Positions 1-12,502 are shown, counted from the first letter of the stretch. The stretch is DNA of 64,000 nt from Eledone cirrhosa (GCA_964016885.1 OZ024758.1:27776001-27840000), one strand, 5' to 3'. Made by a program: numbers and translations. The notes: generated from the sequence alone by a model not told the origin.

Positions 1-179
1 GAGGGGTCAGAGACAGGGGAGGAGGTGAAGTTGAGGTTGTGATAGACTGAGCAGAAGAGAGAAAGGAGTTGAGCTGTTCCCAGGTGAGCCAGGTGGTGCT
101 GATACAGTCATTGATGTAGTGATCCTATAGATCAGGAGATGAGACTGATGAATTAGGCACAGATATGGGCATTCAACAT

Positions 180-495
180 AGCCAACAAATAAGTTGGTGT
201 ACCGCACCAACCAGCAGCTAGTCTCTTCTGCCATCTGCAAGCGACGCCTGGGCTGGTTTGGGCACGCTTTGAGACTTCCCCCGGAGAGACTGGCGAACCA
301 AGTACTTAAATGGAACCCACAGGGAAGCAGACGGAGAGGGCGACCCAAAATGAACTGGCGCCAGACAGTTGAGAGGGACCTGCGAGCGACAAACAGACAA
401 TGGCGGGACGCTGTGCAACTGGCTGCTGACCGAACGCGGTGGAACACTATGATTGCCTCATGCGTCGCAAGACGCGGGAGCTTCTGAGTCTGAGT
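180..495 (+). mobile_element. RTE/RTE-X LINE 3' fragment
   Basis: ORF 194-487 RRLGWFGHALRLPPERLANQVLKWNPQGSRRRGRPKMNWRQTVERDL is a typical RTE C-terminus. Ends in a short CTGAGT-repeat tail. Confidence 0.85.
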
Positions 496-749
496 AGTTG
501 GTGCCTACACTTGTGCACATGGCCACCTCGGTTACCTGTTGGTAAATCTCACCCAAGAAGGAAAACCAGCTGAAGGTGAGAGTCAGCTTGACAAGGTAGA
601 TAAGGGTAGAGATGAAGGGTTGAGGAGAGGCCCTTATGAGGAATGACAATGAACAACAACCTGATGTCCTGTGAAAAGGAGGGGATGAGCCAGGTGGGAA
701 AAGGAATACATATCTATACATACACATATATATATTATATATGTATATA

Positions 750-932
750 TGCCCACTGTAGAGTGGTCGTGTAGGAGTCACAACAAAAAGCACCCAAGAA
801 GGGCATCCAGCTGTAAAAAATGTAGCCAGAAACGGTTCTCTATGAGTAAGATATGGTCACCTGACCCAACTTGCCTCTAATGGAACAACCCGTCTAACCC
901 ATGCTAGCGTGGAAAAAGGACAATGATGATGA
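750..932 (+). mobile_element. SINE 3' fragment (Meta-like core + RTE-type tail); similar pieces at 1060-1250, 2050-2230, 2275-2420, 6290-6440, 6630-6755, 7680-7835, 56380-56575
   Basis: Shared motif GAAGGGCATCCAGCTGTA and 3' CCCATGCTAGCGTGGAAAA...(GAT)n. Confidence 0.7.
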
Positions 933-1284
933 TAATATGCCATGCACTCATCCCTCCCTCTGTACCTCCCATCCTACACATTCCTTGTTAACAAATGCCC
1001 TAGTGTTAATTAACAAATGCCCTAGTGTTAATGCCACACTGGAAAACACCTAGTGGCTCTGCACTGATGCCATAATACAATGCATTCAGTACCTGCTGTA
1101 AAGTGAATAGCATCAGGAAGGGCATCCAGCCATAGAAACCATGCCAAACTAGACCATATGAGCATGACATGGTCATCTAACCTGTTTAGTCTCAGAACAG
1201 GACAACCCATCCAACCCATGCCAGCATGGAAAATGAACATAAAACGAAGATATTGGTGTTTTAAAAAAAATTAGCTATAAATAT

Positions 1285-1480
1285 GAGGGTGTTTTAAAAA
1301 AAATTAGCTATAATTTGAGATGTAAGTATCCCAGAAACTACTACTATATATTGTAAATTAGTTTTGACAAATTTGGGAAAATAAATTTTGTTCAACATTA
1401 AGCCTCCTGTCTCGTCCTAGACTTTGTAGTTTCTGGGATATTTACATCTCAAGTGAAATCTAATTTTTAGAAACACCCTG
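1285..1480. mobile_element. Tc1/mariner-type MITE
   Basis: ~55-bp imperfect TIRs (AGGGTGTTTT...GAGATGTAAGTATCCCAGAAACTAC / GTAGTTTCTGGGATATTTACATCTC...AAACACCCTG) followed by TA. Confidence 0.7.
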
Positions 1481-1534
1481 TACATATGAACATACATAAG
1501 ACATGGCCTGAGCCAATACAGATTAAAAGTTGCT

Positions 1535-1562
<28 letters not shown>

Positions 1563-1565
<3 letters not shown>

Positions 1566-1774
1566 GAAGGCGAGTGGTTAGAGAATTGGATTCACAATCT
1601 TGAGGTTGTGAGTTTGATTCCTGGACTGGGCGATGCGTTATGTCCTTGAGCAAGACACTTTATTTCACGTTGCCCCTTCTACCTGGAGTTGCGACCGATA
1701 GATAGTACTAGCAACTGGAAAGACCAACGGAAACATTGTTCCCTCGGTCCGAATTGACGAAAGTCGATTGATCC
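1563..1774 (+). mobile_element. tRNA-derived CORE-type SINE, family B (distinct 3' tail)
   Basis: tRNA-like head and CORE-like TGTCCTTGAGCAAGACACTT; near-identical inverted copy at 6765-6981. Confidence 0.8.
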
Positions 1775-2009
1775 TTTTATATATCCAGGTAAATTTCTTT
1801 TGTTTAACCTGTTTAGCTTTCTTCGTTTTTTTTTTGCTCCGGTGCCTGATAGCTTCATGACCGCCGTTTTCAGTTTGTCTGGCCTCTATAACGTATGCTA
1901 ATTGCTCTGGTCTTCTTTTAGTCCATTGAACGCTTGCCGCATATCTCGAAAATTGCGTTTTACTTTCTTTTTTACCACAGTCGAAATACAATCTCACTGA
2001 AATTATATT

Positions 2010-2050
<41 letters not shown>

Positions 2051-2504
2051 ATGTGGTTGGTGTTAAGAAGGGCATCCAGGTGTAAAATACTCGGCCAAAT
2101 TTTTCTGTCCTTGCTGCAGCAAGATGCGACATGACCAACTATGGCCAGACATGCCTCCCAGCATCAACGACCTGTCTACCCATGCAAGCAGGATAGAATA
2201 TTGATGCTAAACAGAAATGATGATGGTGATTATATATATGTGTGTGTATCTGTAATGTGGTTTCACATCATAATATGGTTGGCATCCAACTGTAGAAACC
2301 AAGCCAAAATACAGATCTATATGAGCAAGACATGGTCTCCTGACCTGACTTGCTTCATAAAATGATACCCCATCTAACCCATGCAAGAATGGAAAATGGT
2401 TGTTCAACGATGATGATGATATATGTATACACCTTATATTTACTGAAGCCATAAAGTCACATGGACACATGCACAGCAACTTACATTTATTATTATCATT
2501 ACGA

Positions 2505-2872
2505 AGGCACATTGCAATCGAAAGGTTGTGAGTTCAATTCTCGGATCAGGTGATGTGTTGTTTCCTTGAGCAAGACACTTTATTTCACATTGCTCCAGTT
2601 TACTCAGCTGTAGAAATGAGATGATAGGGGCTGGGGTGCCTATCATTCCACTGTAAAGTGGTCGTGGAGGTGCCACGGCAAAATAGCACCCAGCACTCAC
2701 TGTAAATGAGGTTGGTGTTAGGAAGGGCACCCAGCTGTAGAAATCAAGCCAGAATCAGTTCCCGTATGAGCAAAACAAGGTCAGCCGACCGGACACTGCC
2801 CACAACAGGACAACCCGTCTAACCCATGCTAACGTGGAAGAACGGACGTAAAATGGTGATGATGATGATGAT
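2505..2872 (+). mobile_element. SINE family A (tRNA head partly deleted; CORE + Meta-like + RTE tail)
   Basis: High identity to 29936-30282; (GAT)n tail. Confidence 0.85.
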
Positions 2873-2894
2873 TACACACAGTTGCATATATGTT

Positions 2895-3090
2895 GCCTGA
2901 TTGAAGTGATGCGTTCTGTGTAGATGATGCTCATGATTTTTAGAATCTCATTTTGAATGTCAGTATTTTCCTCTGTAATTCTACATCTTGCAGGCATATA
3001 AAAAGATGGACAGCTCTGGAGCACACATGAGTTTCAGTTTGAGACTGATGATGTTATCTCCCCAAATAACTTGCTAATGCTGCTGATACT
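2895..3090 (-). mobile_element. Degraded RTE (BovB-like) RT fragment
   Basis: Minus-strand translation IWGDNIISLKLKLMCAPELSIFLYACK...ELQRKILTFKMRF*KIMSIIY resembles the RTE 'SIFLYACESWTL...ELQRRI' motif; contains stops/frameshifts. Confidence 0.6.
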
Positions 3091-3187
3091 TTTTTATATG
3101 TAGATATATGTATTTTTATTGATTTGGTAAACACTCTCTCTCTATATATATAAATGTATAAAAATTACTATTAAATCAGTCGCACAC

Positions 3188-4490
3188 ACATGTACACCAG
3201 GACCAAACACAGAGGAACCAAACTCCCACTGTCATCGCCCCGTCTTTCTCGCCCTCCCCATCTCTCATGTACACCAGGACCAAACACAGAGGAACCAAAC
3301 TCCCACTGTCATCGCCCTGTCTTTCTCGCCCTGTCTTTCTCGCCCTCCCCATCTCTCATGTACACCAGGACCAAACACAGAGGAACCAAACTCCCACTGT
3401 CATCGCCCCGTCTTTCTCGCCCTCCCCATCTCTCATGTACACCAGGACCAAACACAGAGGAACCAAACTCCCACTGTCATCGCCCTGTCTTTCTCGCCCT
3501 GTCTTTCTCGCCCTCCCCATCTCTCATGTACACCAGGACCAAACACAGAGGAACCAAACTCCCACTGTCATCGCCCTGTCTTTCTCGCCCTGTCTTTCTC
3601 GCCCTCCCCATCTCTCATGTACACCAGGACCAAACACAGAGGAACCAAACTCCCACTGTCATCGCCCCGTCTTTCTCGCCCTCCCCATCTCTCATGTACA
3701 CCAGGACCAAACACAGAGGAACCAAACTCCCACTGTCATCGCCCTGTCTTTCTCGCCCTGTCTTTCTCGCCCTCCCCATCTCTCATGTACACCAGGACCA
3801 AACACAGAGGAACCAAACTCCCACTGTCATCGCCCTGTCTTTCTCGCCCTGTCTTTCTCGCCCTCCCCATCTCTCATGTACACCAGGACCAAACACAGAG
3901 GAACCAAACTCCCACTGTCATCGCCCCGTCTTTCTCGCCCTCCCCATCTCTCATGTACACCAGGACCAAACACAGAGGAACCAAACTCCCACTGTCATCG
4001 CCCTGTCTTTCTCGCCCTGTCTTTCTCGCCCTCCCCATCTCTCATGTACACCAGGACCAAACACAGAGGAACCAAACTCCCACTGTCATCGCCCCGTCTT
4101 TCTCGCCCTCCCCATCTCTCATGTACACCAGGACCAAACACAGAGGAACCAAACTCCCACTGTCATCGCCCTGTCTTTCTCGCCCTCCCCATCTCTCATG
4201 TACACCAGGACCAAACACAGAGGAACCAAACTCCCACTGTCATCGCCCTGTCTTTCTCGCCCTCCCCATCTCTCATGTACACCAGGACCAAACACAGAGG
4301 AACCAAACTCCCACTGTCACTGCCACCATCTCTCCCACCCTCCCCACCCACCGCTCATGTTCACCAGGTCCGAACACAGAGGAACCAAACTCCCACTGTC
4401 ACCATCATCTTTCCCGCCCTCCCCACCCATCTCTCGTGTACACCAGGACCAAACTCCCACTGTCACCGGTACCATCTCTCCCACCCTCCT
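3188..4490. repeat. Minisatellite with 77-bp and 91-bp units (differing by a 14-bp internal duplication), ~14 clean units plus a degenerate end
   Basis: CATGTACACCAGGACC recurs with its ATG at 3190, 3267, 3358, 3435, 3526, 3617, 3694, 3785, 3876, 3953, 4044, 4121, 4198, 4275. Confidence 0.95.
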
Positions 4491-4513
4491 GATTTCTCAC
4501 TCTTATCAGAAGT

Positions 4514-4697
4514 GGATTGGCAGTATCAGTAGAGGGTCGGACGCCATGCTTTCTAGCATAGAGTTACGTCCCTTTACAGACTGAGTTCAAATCCCTCCAA
4601 GGTTAACTTTGCCTTTCATCCTTACGGGGTCGATAAAATAAAGTACCGGTAATGTACTGGGTAATTGCTGGCCTTGTGCCAAAAGTAGAAACAATTA
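4514..4697 (+). mobile_element. SINE family C (Nin/Deu-like domain)
   Basis: B-box-like GAGTTCAAATCC plus TTTGCCTTTCATCCTTACGGGGTCGATAAAATAAAGTACC, which resembles the recalled Nin/Deu domain; six copies in the window. Confidence 0.8.
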
Positions 4698-4719
4698 TGA
4701 GAAAATAGAGTCCCATGCG

Positions 4720-4880
4720 CTGGCCGCCCAGCGGCCCCAGTGGGCAGAATAGAGAAGGCATTCCCCTCGGTTGATGGTGAGGGAGATGCACTGGAGGAGC
4801 CATTCCAGTTCGTGATGATCACTCCTGCAGCTAGCCAGCTCAGCGCCAATGGTAGTGAGCAGCTATTCAGAGAATTTCCT
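4720..4880 (-). mobile_element. CRE-like non-LTR retrotransposon RLE C-terminal remnant
   Basis: Minus strand ELEWLLQCISLTINRG/NAFSIL (frameshifted) resembles the CRE 'LFQRLSIAIQRGNA..L' motif; related copy at 47470-47600. Confidence 0.55.
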
Positions 4881-4909
4881 GTTTTAGTGTTCCTTCAGTA
4901 TTGATGAGT

Positions 4910-5330
4910 GGAGGCACGTGGCCCGGTGGTAAAGGTGTTGGACTTACGATAATAATGTCATGGGTTTCATTCCTGGACTGGGTTGCGAGTTGTCAGTTGT
5001 GTTCTTGAGCAAAACACTTCATTTCACATTACTCCAGTCAACTGAAAATGAGGACCAACATTGAACTGGCGAGTAGAGAGATGCTGTACTGAAAAGGACC
5101 AGTCCAACCCATGCAAGGGTAGAAAAATTAAATCTCATAAAGATCATACAGAATCATTCTGACTGGCACGTTGCCATACTAGAAAAGACCCACACACTGT
5201 CATGCTAAAATGAGTACCTGCAATGAACTGGCGTCCTGTCCAGGGAGAAGTCTTGTACTCTCAGTCACTTCACACCACAGAAACCAGGATAAGCACCAGC
5301 CTGATGAACCTCCAGGTTCAAGACAGACTT
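4910..5330 (+). mobile_element. Old CORE-type SINE interrupted by a locally copied insert (5072-5206)
   Basis: tRNA-like head GGAGGCACGTGGCCCGGTGG, CORE-like segment, and a continuation after the insert. Confidence 0.6.
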
Positions 5331-5509
5331 TAGACAGTAATCATAACATGTAGGTATTTGATGTACACAACCATCTCAATTTCCAGGTCACTGACAGTGG
5401 TTCTGCTGTTTATCCTGTGATAACACATAAAAACTATGAGTATTTGACAAGTCAGGCAGCATAAAATAATCCTTTCTTTTTAATTCCATTGTTTTATGTA
5501 AATATATAT

Positions 5510-5690
5510 AATTGTTTCTACTTTTGGCACAAGGCCAGCAATTACCCAGTGCATTACTGGTACTTTATTTTATCGACCCCGTAAGGATGAAAGGCAAAGT
5601 CAACCTCGGCGGGATTTGAACTCAGATCGTAAAGGGACGTAACTATATGTTGGAAAGCATGGCGTCCGACCCTCTACCGATACTGCCAAT
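5510..5690 (-). mobile_element. SINE family C (Nin/Deu-like), inverted copy
   Basis: Reverse complement of 4514-4697. Confidence 0.85.
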
Positions 5691-5694
5691 ATAT

Positions 5695-5885
5695 AATGAA
5701 TGATGATCACTGGGTGAAGAAGTGCCAGGAAATCCCAGTGGAAGAAAGACCTGGCCAGAGGTGGTGAGAGCTGATTTCAAATTGCTGAAACCCACAGAGA
5801 AGACAATGAAAGAACGCAGCAAGTAGAGAGATGCTGTACTGAAAAGGACCAGTCCAACCCATGCAAGGGTAGAAAAATTAAATCG
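5695..5885 (+). mobile_element. RTE LINE 3' end fragment
   Basis: Homologous to the 3' end of 17518-18300 (WVKKCQE...KTWPEVVRAD...RDAVLKRT). Confidence 0.7.
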
Positions 5886-5974
5886 CATAAAGATCATACA
5901 GAATCATGCTGACTGGCACCTTGCCATACTAGAAAAGACCCACACACTGTGATGCTAAAAATAAAGTGACAGCG

Positions 5975-6290
5975 TTGGTACCACAATAAAATGCATCCAA
6001 CTGACTGTTCTAAATGGTTGTGTTGGTGCCACAATAAAATGCACCCAACTGACTGTTCTAAATGGTTGCATTGGTGCCACAATAAAATGCACCCAACTGA
6101 CTGTTCTAAATGGTTGTGTTGGTGCCACAATAAAATGCACCCAACTGACTGTTCTAAATGGTTGTGTTGGTGCCACAATAAAATGCACCCAACTGACTGC
6201 TCTAAATGGTTGTGTTGGTGCCACAATAAAATGCACCCAACTGACTGTTCTAAATGGTTGTGTTGGTGCCACAATAAAATGCACCCAGTA
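5975..6290. repeat. 48-bp minisatellite (~6.5 copies) derived from SINE sequence
   Basis: Unit TTGGTGCCACAATAAAATGCACCCAACTGACTGTTCTAAATGGTTGTG; runs directly into the Meta-like core at ~6300. Confidence 0.9.
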
Positions 6291-6764
6291 TACTGTGTAA
6301 AGTGGTTGGTATTAGGAAGGGCATCCAGCTGTAAAAACCAGGCCAAAATATAAAACATGAGAAAGACATGGTTCTCTACTTCTAGTCATGTACTGTGACA
6401 ATCTGACAAACCCAGCATCGAAATGGATGTAAAATGATAATAACAGACATAAATAGGTACAGATTACAGATATATGCTGGTGATACAATAAAAGGCTTTT
6501 GGTCCACACTTAAGTATTGGTGCCATGACAAAATGCATCCAGTCCACCTTCTGTTTATTCCATGATAAAAAACACGCATTTCTACCCTATCTGATGGTGG
6601 TGCAAGTGCCATGATAAAACACAGTGTTTAGCATTAGGAAGGGCATCTAGCTGTATAAACTATATCAGAATAGAATGTCTGACCAGTCTAGCCTCAGAAT
6701 GTAACAAGCCATCTAACCCAAGCAAGCATGGATCAGACATAAAATGGTGATGATATATATAGGA

Positions 6765-6981
6765 GATCGATCGACTTTCGTCAAATCGGACCGAGGAAAC
6801 AATGTTTTTGTCGGTCTTTCCAGTTGCTAATACTATCTATCGGTCGCAACACCAGGTAGAAGAAGCAACGTTAAATAAAGTGTCTTGCTCAAGGAGATAA
6901 CGCATCACCCGGTCCAGAAATCGAACTCACAGCCTCAAGATTGTGAATCCAATTCCCTAACCACTCAGCCATGCGCCTTCA
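6765..6981 (-). mobile_element. SINE family B, inverted copy
   Basis: Reverse complement of 1563-1774, with intact A box (TGGCTGAGTGG) and B box (GTTCGATTT). Confidence 0.85.
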
Positions 6982-7136
6982 TATATATTTAGGTTTGTTG
7001 GTTCACCACTGGATAGAACTGGATAGAACTCGAGGGGGCCGACTGAGGTAGAAGCTGCTAAATAGTCGGTCGTCCTCATGTCTCTGATTCTCAGCCCCAT
7101 GAATTTTATCTGTTATATTCCTTTGTTATATTTTGA

Positions 7137-7194
7137 ATACCTGATGATATCACCGGATTCATACTGAACCCGGTCATTGAAATGATCATAGTAT
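7137..7194 (+). ncRNA. Minimal type-I hammerhead-ribozyme-like motif in a Penelope-like pLTR island (~6985-7242)
   Basis: ATAC-CTGATGA-[T ATCACCGGATTCA TAC TGAACCCGGTCAT T]-GAAA-TGATCA-TA-GTAT, then AATAAA. Palindromic stem III. The stem II closing pair is T-T, so the copy may be inactive. Confidence 0.7.
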
Positions 7195-7238
7195 AATAAA
7201 CCTTTCAAGGATTTACACCAGTCCAGCCTCCTGTTATT

Positions 7239-7281
<43 letters not shown>

Positions 7282-7379
7282 ATATACATTGTGGAATCAT
7301 AAATAGACTGACAGAAAGAACAGACGTCATATGTGACAGTAAGGTTCCTCATGAAATATATATTCCCTCAAATTCTCAA

Positions 7380-7625
7380 AGCACAAGTGAACATTAAGAA
7401 AAGCTGAATATAAGAGGAAATATGATGTAGTGTGCAAGAGATGGCTGCACTGGTACAGACATGTTGCAAACAAATGGAGAATGACAGCAGTTTAATGAAA
7501 TATCGAGTGCTTGAAGTGGATAGAACCAGTAGAAGAATGATACTAAGGAAAACATGGAACAGAGTGGTGAAGAATGACACAAGAAACTAAATATCAGTAA
7601 AGAAATTACACAGGACATAGACATA
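7380..7625 (+). mobile_element. Degraded RTE C-terminal fragment
   Basis: Decayed homology to 'KL.IRGI.C.VQ.RRL.WYGHV' and 'RKTW.RVVK.D'. Confidence 0.5.
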
Positions 7626-8128
7626 AAAAACAAAATTCTATTTCAGAGAAGAAATATTTCACAAATTTTCACATGGTAAATGTGGTTGGCATTAGGAAGG
7701 GCATCCAGCCGTAGAAACCAAGTCCAAATCAGTTCTGTGTGAGCGAATCACAGTCCCCGACTTGATCCCTCACAAAGAGACAGCCCGTCTTACCCATGCT
7801 AGTGTGGAAGATGGACATTAAACGATAATTATGATGGACTCCATAAAATCGGAACGACACCAGCCCCTGTCTGAGGAAGGAGCCCAGCAATGTGGGGTGG
7901 CTGTTACAGCGGGTGTCACTGGCCATTGTCCATGGCAGTGCTTTTACCATTTTGTCCACGAGCCGCAGCTGAAACTTCTCTCTAACTTAGGTGTAGAGTC
8001 CGTCACCTTCTCACCTTCTCTTTCTTTCATTGCCTAATAATCCTTGCCTTTTTTCTCACATTTATAGTGTTTCGCAATGCTACTTTTTCTTTATGTTCAA
8101 CTAAATATTAAATTCTTTATTATTTTAA

Positions 8129-9070
8129 CCCTTTACCATTCACATTACTCTATATATACTATTGTATTTTCATGGTAAAGGCTTTATCTTACATAATTAT
8201 CTCACATAACATTCACATAACTCTATATATACTATTGTATTTTCATGGTAAAGGCTTTACCTCACATAATATTTTACATAACATTTACATTACTCTATAT
8301 ATACTATTGTATTTTCACAGTAAAGGCTTTACCTTACATAATATCTCACATAACATTTACATTACTCTATATATACTATTGTATTTTCACAGTAAAGGCT
8401 TTACCTTACATAATTATCTCACATAACATTTACATTACGCTATATATACTATTGTATTTTCACAGTAAAGGCTTTACCTCACATAATATCTCATAACATT
8501 TACATTACTCTATATATACTATTGTATTTTCATGGTAAAGTCTTTACCTCACATAATATCTCACATAACATTCACATTACTCTATATATACTATTGTATT
8601 TTCACGGTAAAGGCTTTACCTTACATAATTATCTCACATAACATTCACATTACTCTATATATACTATTATATTTTCATGGTAAAGGCTTTACCTTACATA
8701 ATTATCTCATAACAGTCACATTACTCTATATATACTATTGTATTTTCACAGTAAAGGCTTTATCCTACATAATTATCTCACATAACATTCACATTACTCT
8801 ATATATACTATTGTATTTTCATGGTAAAGGCTTTACCTTACATAATTATCTCACATAACAGTCACATTACTCTATATATACTATTGTATTTTCATGGTAA
8901 AGGCTTTATCTTACATAATTATCTCACATAATATCAAATCTATGAGACTTTGATATCATTTATTTTGAGAACAATACCTTAATATTGAATGAACAGCCAG
9001 TTACAGCCGGTTTGAACAAAATGATGTGAGAGAATTCTGGCTGGATTCAGGCAGTTTAAATGCTAAAGGG
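8129..9070. mobile_element. piggyBac-type MITE (TTAA TSD, CCCTTTA...TAAAGGG) whose left part has expanded into a ~73-bp tandem array (~11 units, 8138-8930)
   Basis: TTAA at 8125-8128 and 9071-9074. Unexpanded ~210-bp copies at 9149-9359 and 55590-55806. Confidence 0.85.
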
Positions 9071-9148
9071 TTAAAGTAATTTTATCCTAGAAATAAAAGA
9101 TACATATTTCCCATAAAGAGAAATTAAAAAATTAGTTTGGTGACGTAA

Positions 9149-9359
9149 TCCTTTAACATTTAAACTGGCCATATCCAGCCAGAATTCTCTCACGTCTTTC
9201 TGTTCAAACTGGCTGTAACTGGCCATGTTAAGGTATTGTTCTCAAAATAAATAATATCAAAATCTCATAGATTCGATATTATGTGAGATAATTATGTGAG
9301 GTAAAGCCTTTACTGTGAAAATACAATAGTAAATATAGAATAATGTAAATGCTGAAGGG
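9149..9359. mobile_element. Same piggyBac-type MITE, unexpanded, opposite orientation
   Basis: Reverse-complement homology to 8860-9070; ends AAGGG-TTAA. Confidence 0.8.
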
Positions 9360-9489
9360 TTAAGCCTTAAATCACATCAACTGAAACAATAACTTACAGT
9401 TACAACTGAAAAAGTAAAATATAAATCTACAGAATATAAATGGCAAATGGATAGATTGTTTGCCAAAGATCTGAAATCAGTGTCTGTAA

Positions 9490-9730
9490 AAAAATACTCC
9501 ATTAGAAGATCAAGTTGAAAGCTACTAGAAGTTTCTATGGTAAAGAAATAACGAGTTCAACAGGCAAGCTGTATGGCTAGAAAAACTAGAACAGGACTAC
9601 TGCAAGTATATTGAGTAAAAATATGAAATTGATGACATAGTATTGGAAAACAGCTATACAGATAATGACAAACAGAATATTCACAAGCCTAAACCTTATA
9701 ACAGGATATTGGTTTAAGAATTATACCTTT
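9490..9730 (+). mobile_element. Possible degraded R4/Dong-like non-LTR fragment
   Basis: NEFNRQAVWLEKLEQDYCKYIE and ITGYWFK resemble the pre-RT region of R4-clade elements (recalled similarity only). Confidence 0.4.
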
Positions 9731-10944
9731 TGTCAGCAAGATTTTATATTACTAGACCACCGTAACCTGTTGGGTCACGTTCACATAAATATATTTTTTC
9801 TTAAATCATGTTTACTTAAGAATAATGTTTAACTAATTGAAATATACACAGACATGTATATAATGTAAAATGAAATTGGAAGGCCCACATATATATATTA
9901 TGTGTGTGCGTATACATATTCTCTCTCCTTCTCTTTCAATCTACTCTCTCACAACCACTATCCCTTTCTTTCTCTCTCTCTCTGTTTATGAAGGTACCTG
10001 GAAAAAGCCCATATTTCAGGAACCCGTGCTCCGATTTATGCGAAACTTGTTTTATTCTATTTGTATTCCCATTTGGGGGACTACTTCTTTTCAAAGTATT
10101 TTCCCATTATGCGCCTTTTTGGCTGCATTAAATTACAGACAAGCACACAATCACAGAGAAACGGGGAAAACATTAGGGGGACGTTAGAACTATCCAAATA
10201 GCTCTAAATAGACTTTTCTCGTCTATATAAAAATTTGAGCAACATCCGTCTGTCTGTCCATCACACAATGTGTGTGTGTGTTTGTGTGAATGTATGTGTG
10301 TGTTTAAAAGGAACAAAGGAGATGGTGAAAAAACTATAGCAAAACAGTGGCTGGCGTTCCATTTGATACGCTTTGTGTGAGTGTGTTTGTGTGTTTGTGT
10401 AAATGTATGTCTGTGAGTGTGTATTTTTTGTGTGTCTCCCTTATACTAGCCACCCTGTAAAATCCCACTACACTTGCCATACACCCATAACATACTTATC
10501 TTTCTTTTCCTCTTGCCCCCAGCCCCCACAGAGCAGAGACAGTTCTTTAGGTGGGACACTAATCAACACCCTCTTCAGTGTTGGTGCCATGAAAATGCAC
10601 CCAGTATCCTCTGCAAGGTGGTTAGGAAGACACTTCAGCACAAAAACCTCTCTAGTATTGGTGCTCTACATGAATAATGGCCCCATTGCAGATTGTAAAG
10701 TGGTTGGTGATAGGAGGGGTATCAAGCCATAGAAAGCTTGTCAAAAAAAGTGCTCAGAGGACCCTTCAGTTGTGTCAAAGACATAACCTTTCTCGTGCTG
10801 ACTCAATCTGTGAAAACTTGTTCAACACTTGCGAGCAGAGAAAACAGAGATATTAAATGATGATGGTGGGGATGAGTATGATGATATACTGGGCAAAGAA
10901 TCAGAAAAAAATCAAAAAAAAGACAGTACATAATATGTAAGAAG

Positions 10945-11145
10945 TATAATGTTGCATGGCAGTGTGACCTGTAGTAGATGAGATGTGGTACTTGTAGAGA
11001 CATGAAGCAAGCATACTCCAATGGATGTGTAACGATAGGGAAATGATGGACTGAAACAAAAACTAAATATAAGAGGAGTCAAATATACTATCCAAGAGAA
11101 AAGACTGACTATGCTGGCACGGACATGTGATGCATATGGATTATA
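10945..11145 (+). mobile_element. Degraded RTE fragment
   Basis: SIMLHGS...RHEASILQWMCN...RGVKYTIQEKRL..WHGHVMHMD; homologous to 58893-59816. Confidence 0.7.
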
Positions 11146-11380
11146 ACCAGGAGATGAAGACGGGATGACAGTAGAAGTAACTCTTTCCTCATACATGCCT
11201 TATTGATTGTATTGACTCCTGCATTGTACACCCATGACATGAACTCTTCTCCAATGTTAAGATATCTTATATCTTATGTCTATCCTATCCCACATGTTTC
11301 CTTGCTTATAACTTTTATGCCTGTACTTTTTCCTTATACCTCTTACACTTTCAACCAGTGCTGCCTGTAATTGTGTTTTT

Positions 11381-11443
<63 letters not shown>

Positions 11444-11454
11444 ATATATATATG

Positions 11455-11534
<80 letters not shown>

Positions 11535-11647
11535 CATATATATATACATATATATACATATATATATATATATACATATATATATACATATATATATATA
11601 TATACATATATATATACATATATATATATATATACATATATATATAC

Positions 11648-11700
<53 letters not shown>

Positions 11701-11715
11701 CATATATATATATAC

Positions 11716-11747
<32 letters not shown>

Positions 11748-12003
11748 TCTCTTTTACTCTTTTACCTGTTTCAGCCGTCCGGCTGAGGCCATGCTGGGGC
11801 ACCGCCCTTGTTGCTACACATTTTATCTCCAGCCTGTATAGGTTGGCCACTGGTGTAGGAGGGAGTTTGTTGCTGCTGCCCTTAGGTTACCCTCGTGTCT
11901 TGCTGTGGGCTCATCCGGGATCCTGGATAACAAGGTGTCGAGATGTTTCTTAAAGACATCCACCTCCACGTCATGCAAGTCTCGCAGATGCCTCGGCAGC
12001 CTG
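11748..12003 (-). mobile_element. CR1-type LINE 3' end inserted in TA repeat
   Basis: [32 protein letters not shown]...RAAATNSL*, then a 3'UTR stem-loop (CAGCCG GA CGGCTG) and (GTAAAAGA)n tail. Confidence 0.8.
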
Positions 12004-12010
12004 TATATAC

Positions 12011-12077
<67 letters not shown>

Positions 12078-12103
12078 CATATATATACATATATATACAC
12101 ATA

Positions 12104-12137
<34 letters not shown>

Positions 12138-12232
12138 CATATATATACATATATATACACATATATATATATATATATACATATATATATACATATATAT
12201 ATACATATATATATATACATATATATATATAC

Positions 12233-12277
<45 letters not shown>

Positions 12278-12318
12278 CATATATATATACATATATATAC
12301 ATATATATATACATATAC

Positions 12319-12349
<31 letters not shown>

Positions 12350-12353
12350 CATA

Positions 12354-12387
<34 letters not shown>

Positions 12388-12394
12388 CATATAC

Positions 12395-12425
<31 letters not shown>

Positions 12426-12502
12426 CATATACATATATATATATATACATATATATATACATATACATATATATATATATATACATATATATATACATAT
12501 AC

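Noticed and set aside
5295-5330. CTGATGA-ACC-TCCA-GGT hairpin (also lone CTGATGA at ~144, ~3045 and ~46150)
   Set aside because: No GAAA or closing stem; explained by SINE/LINE context or chance.
9750-10260. Possible Helitron/DINE-like element
   Set aside because: Only a vague resemblance at the ends; no second copy or clear terminal hairpin in the window.
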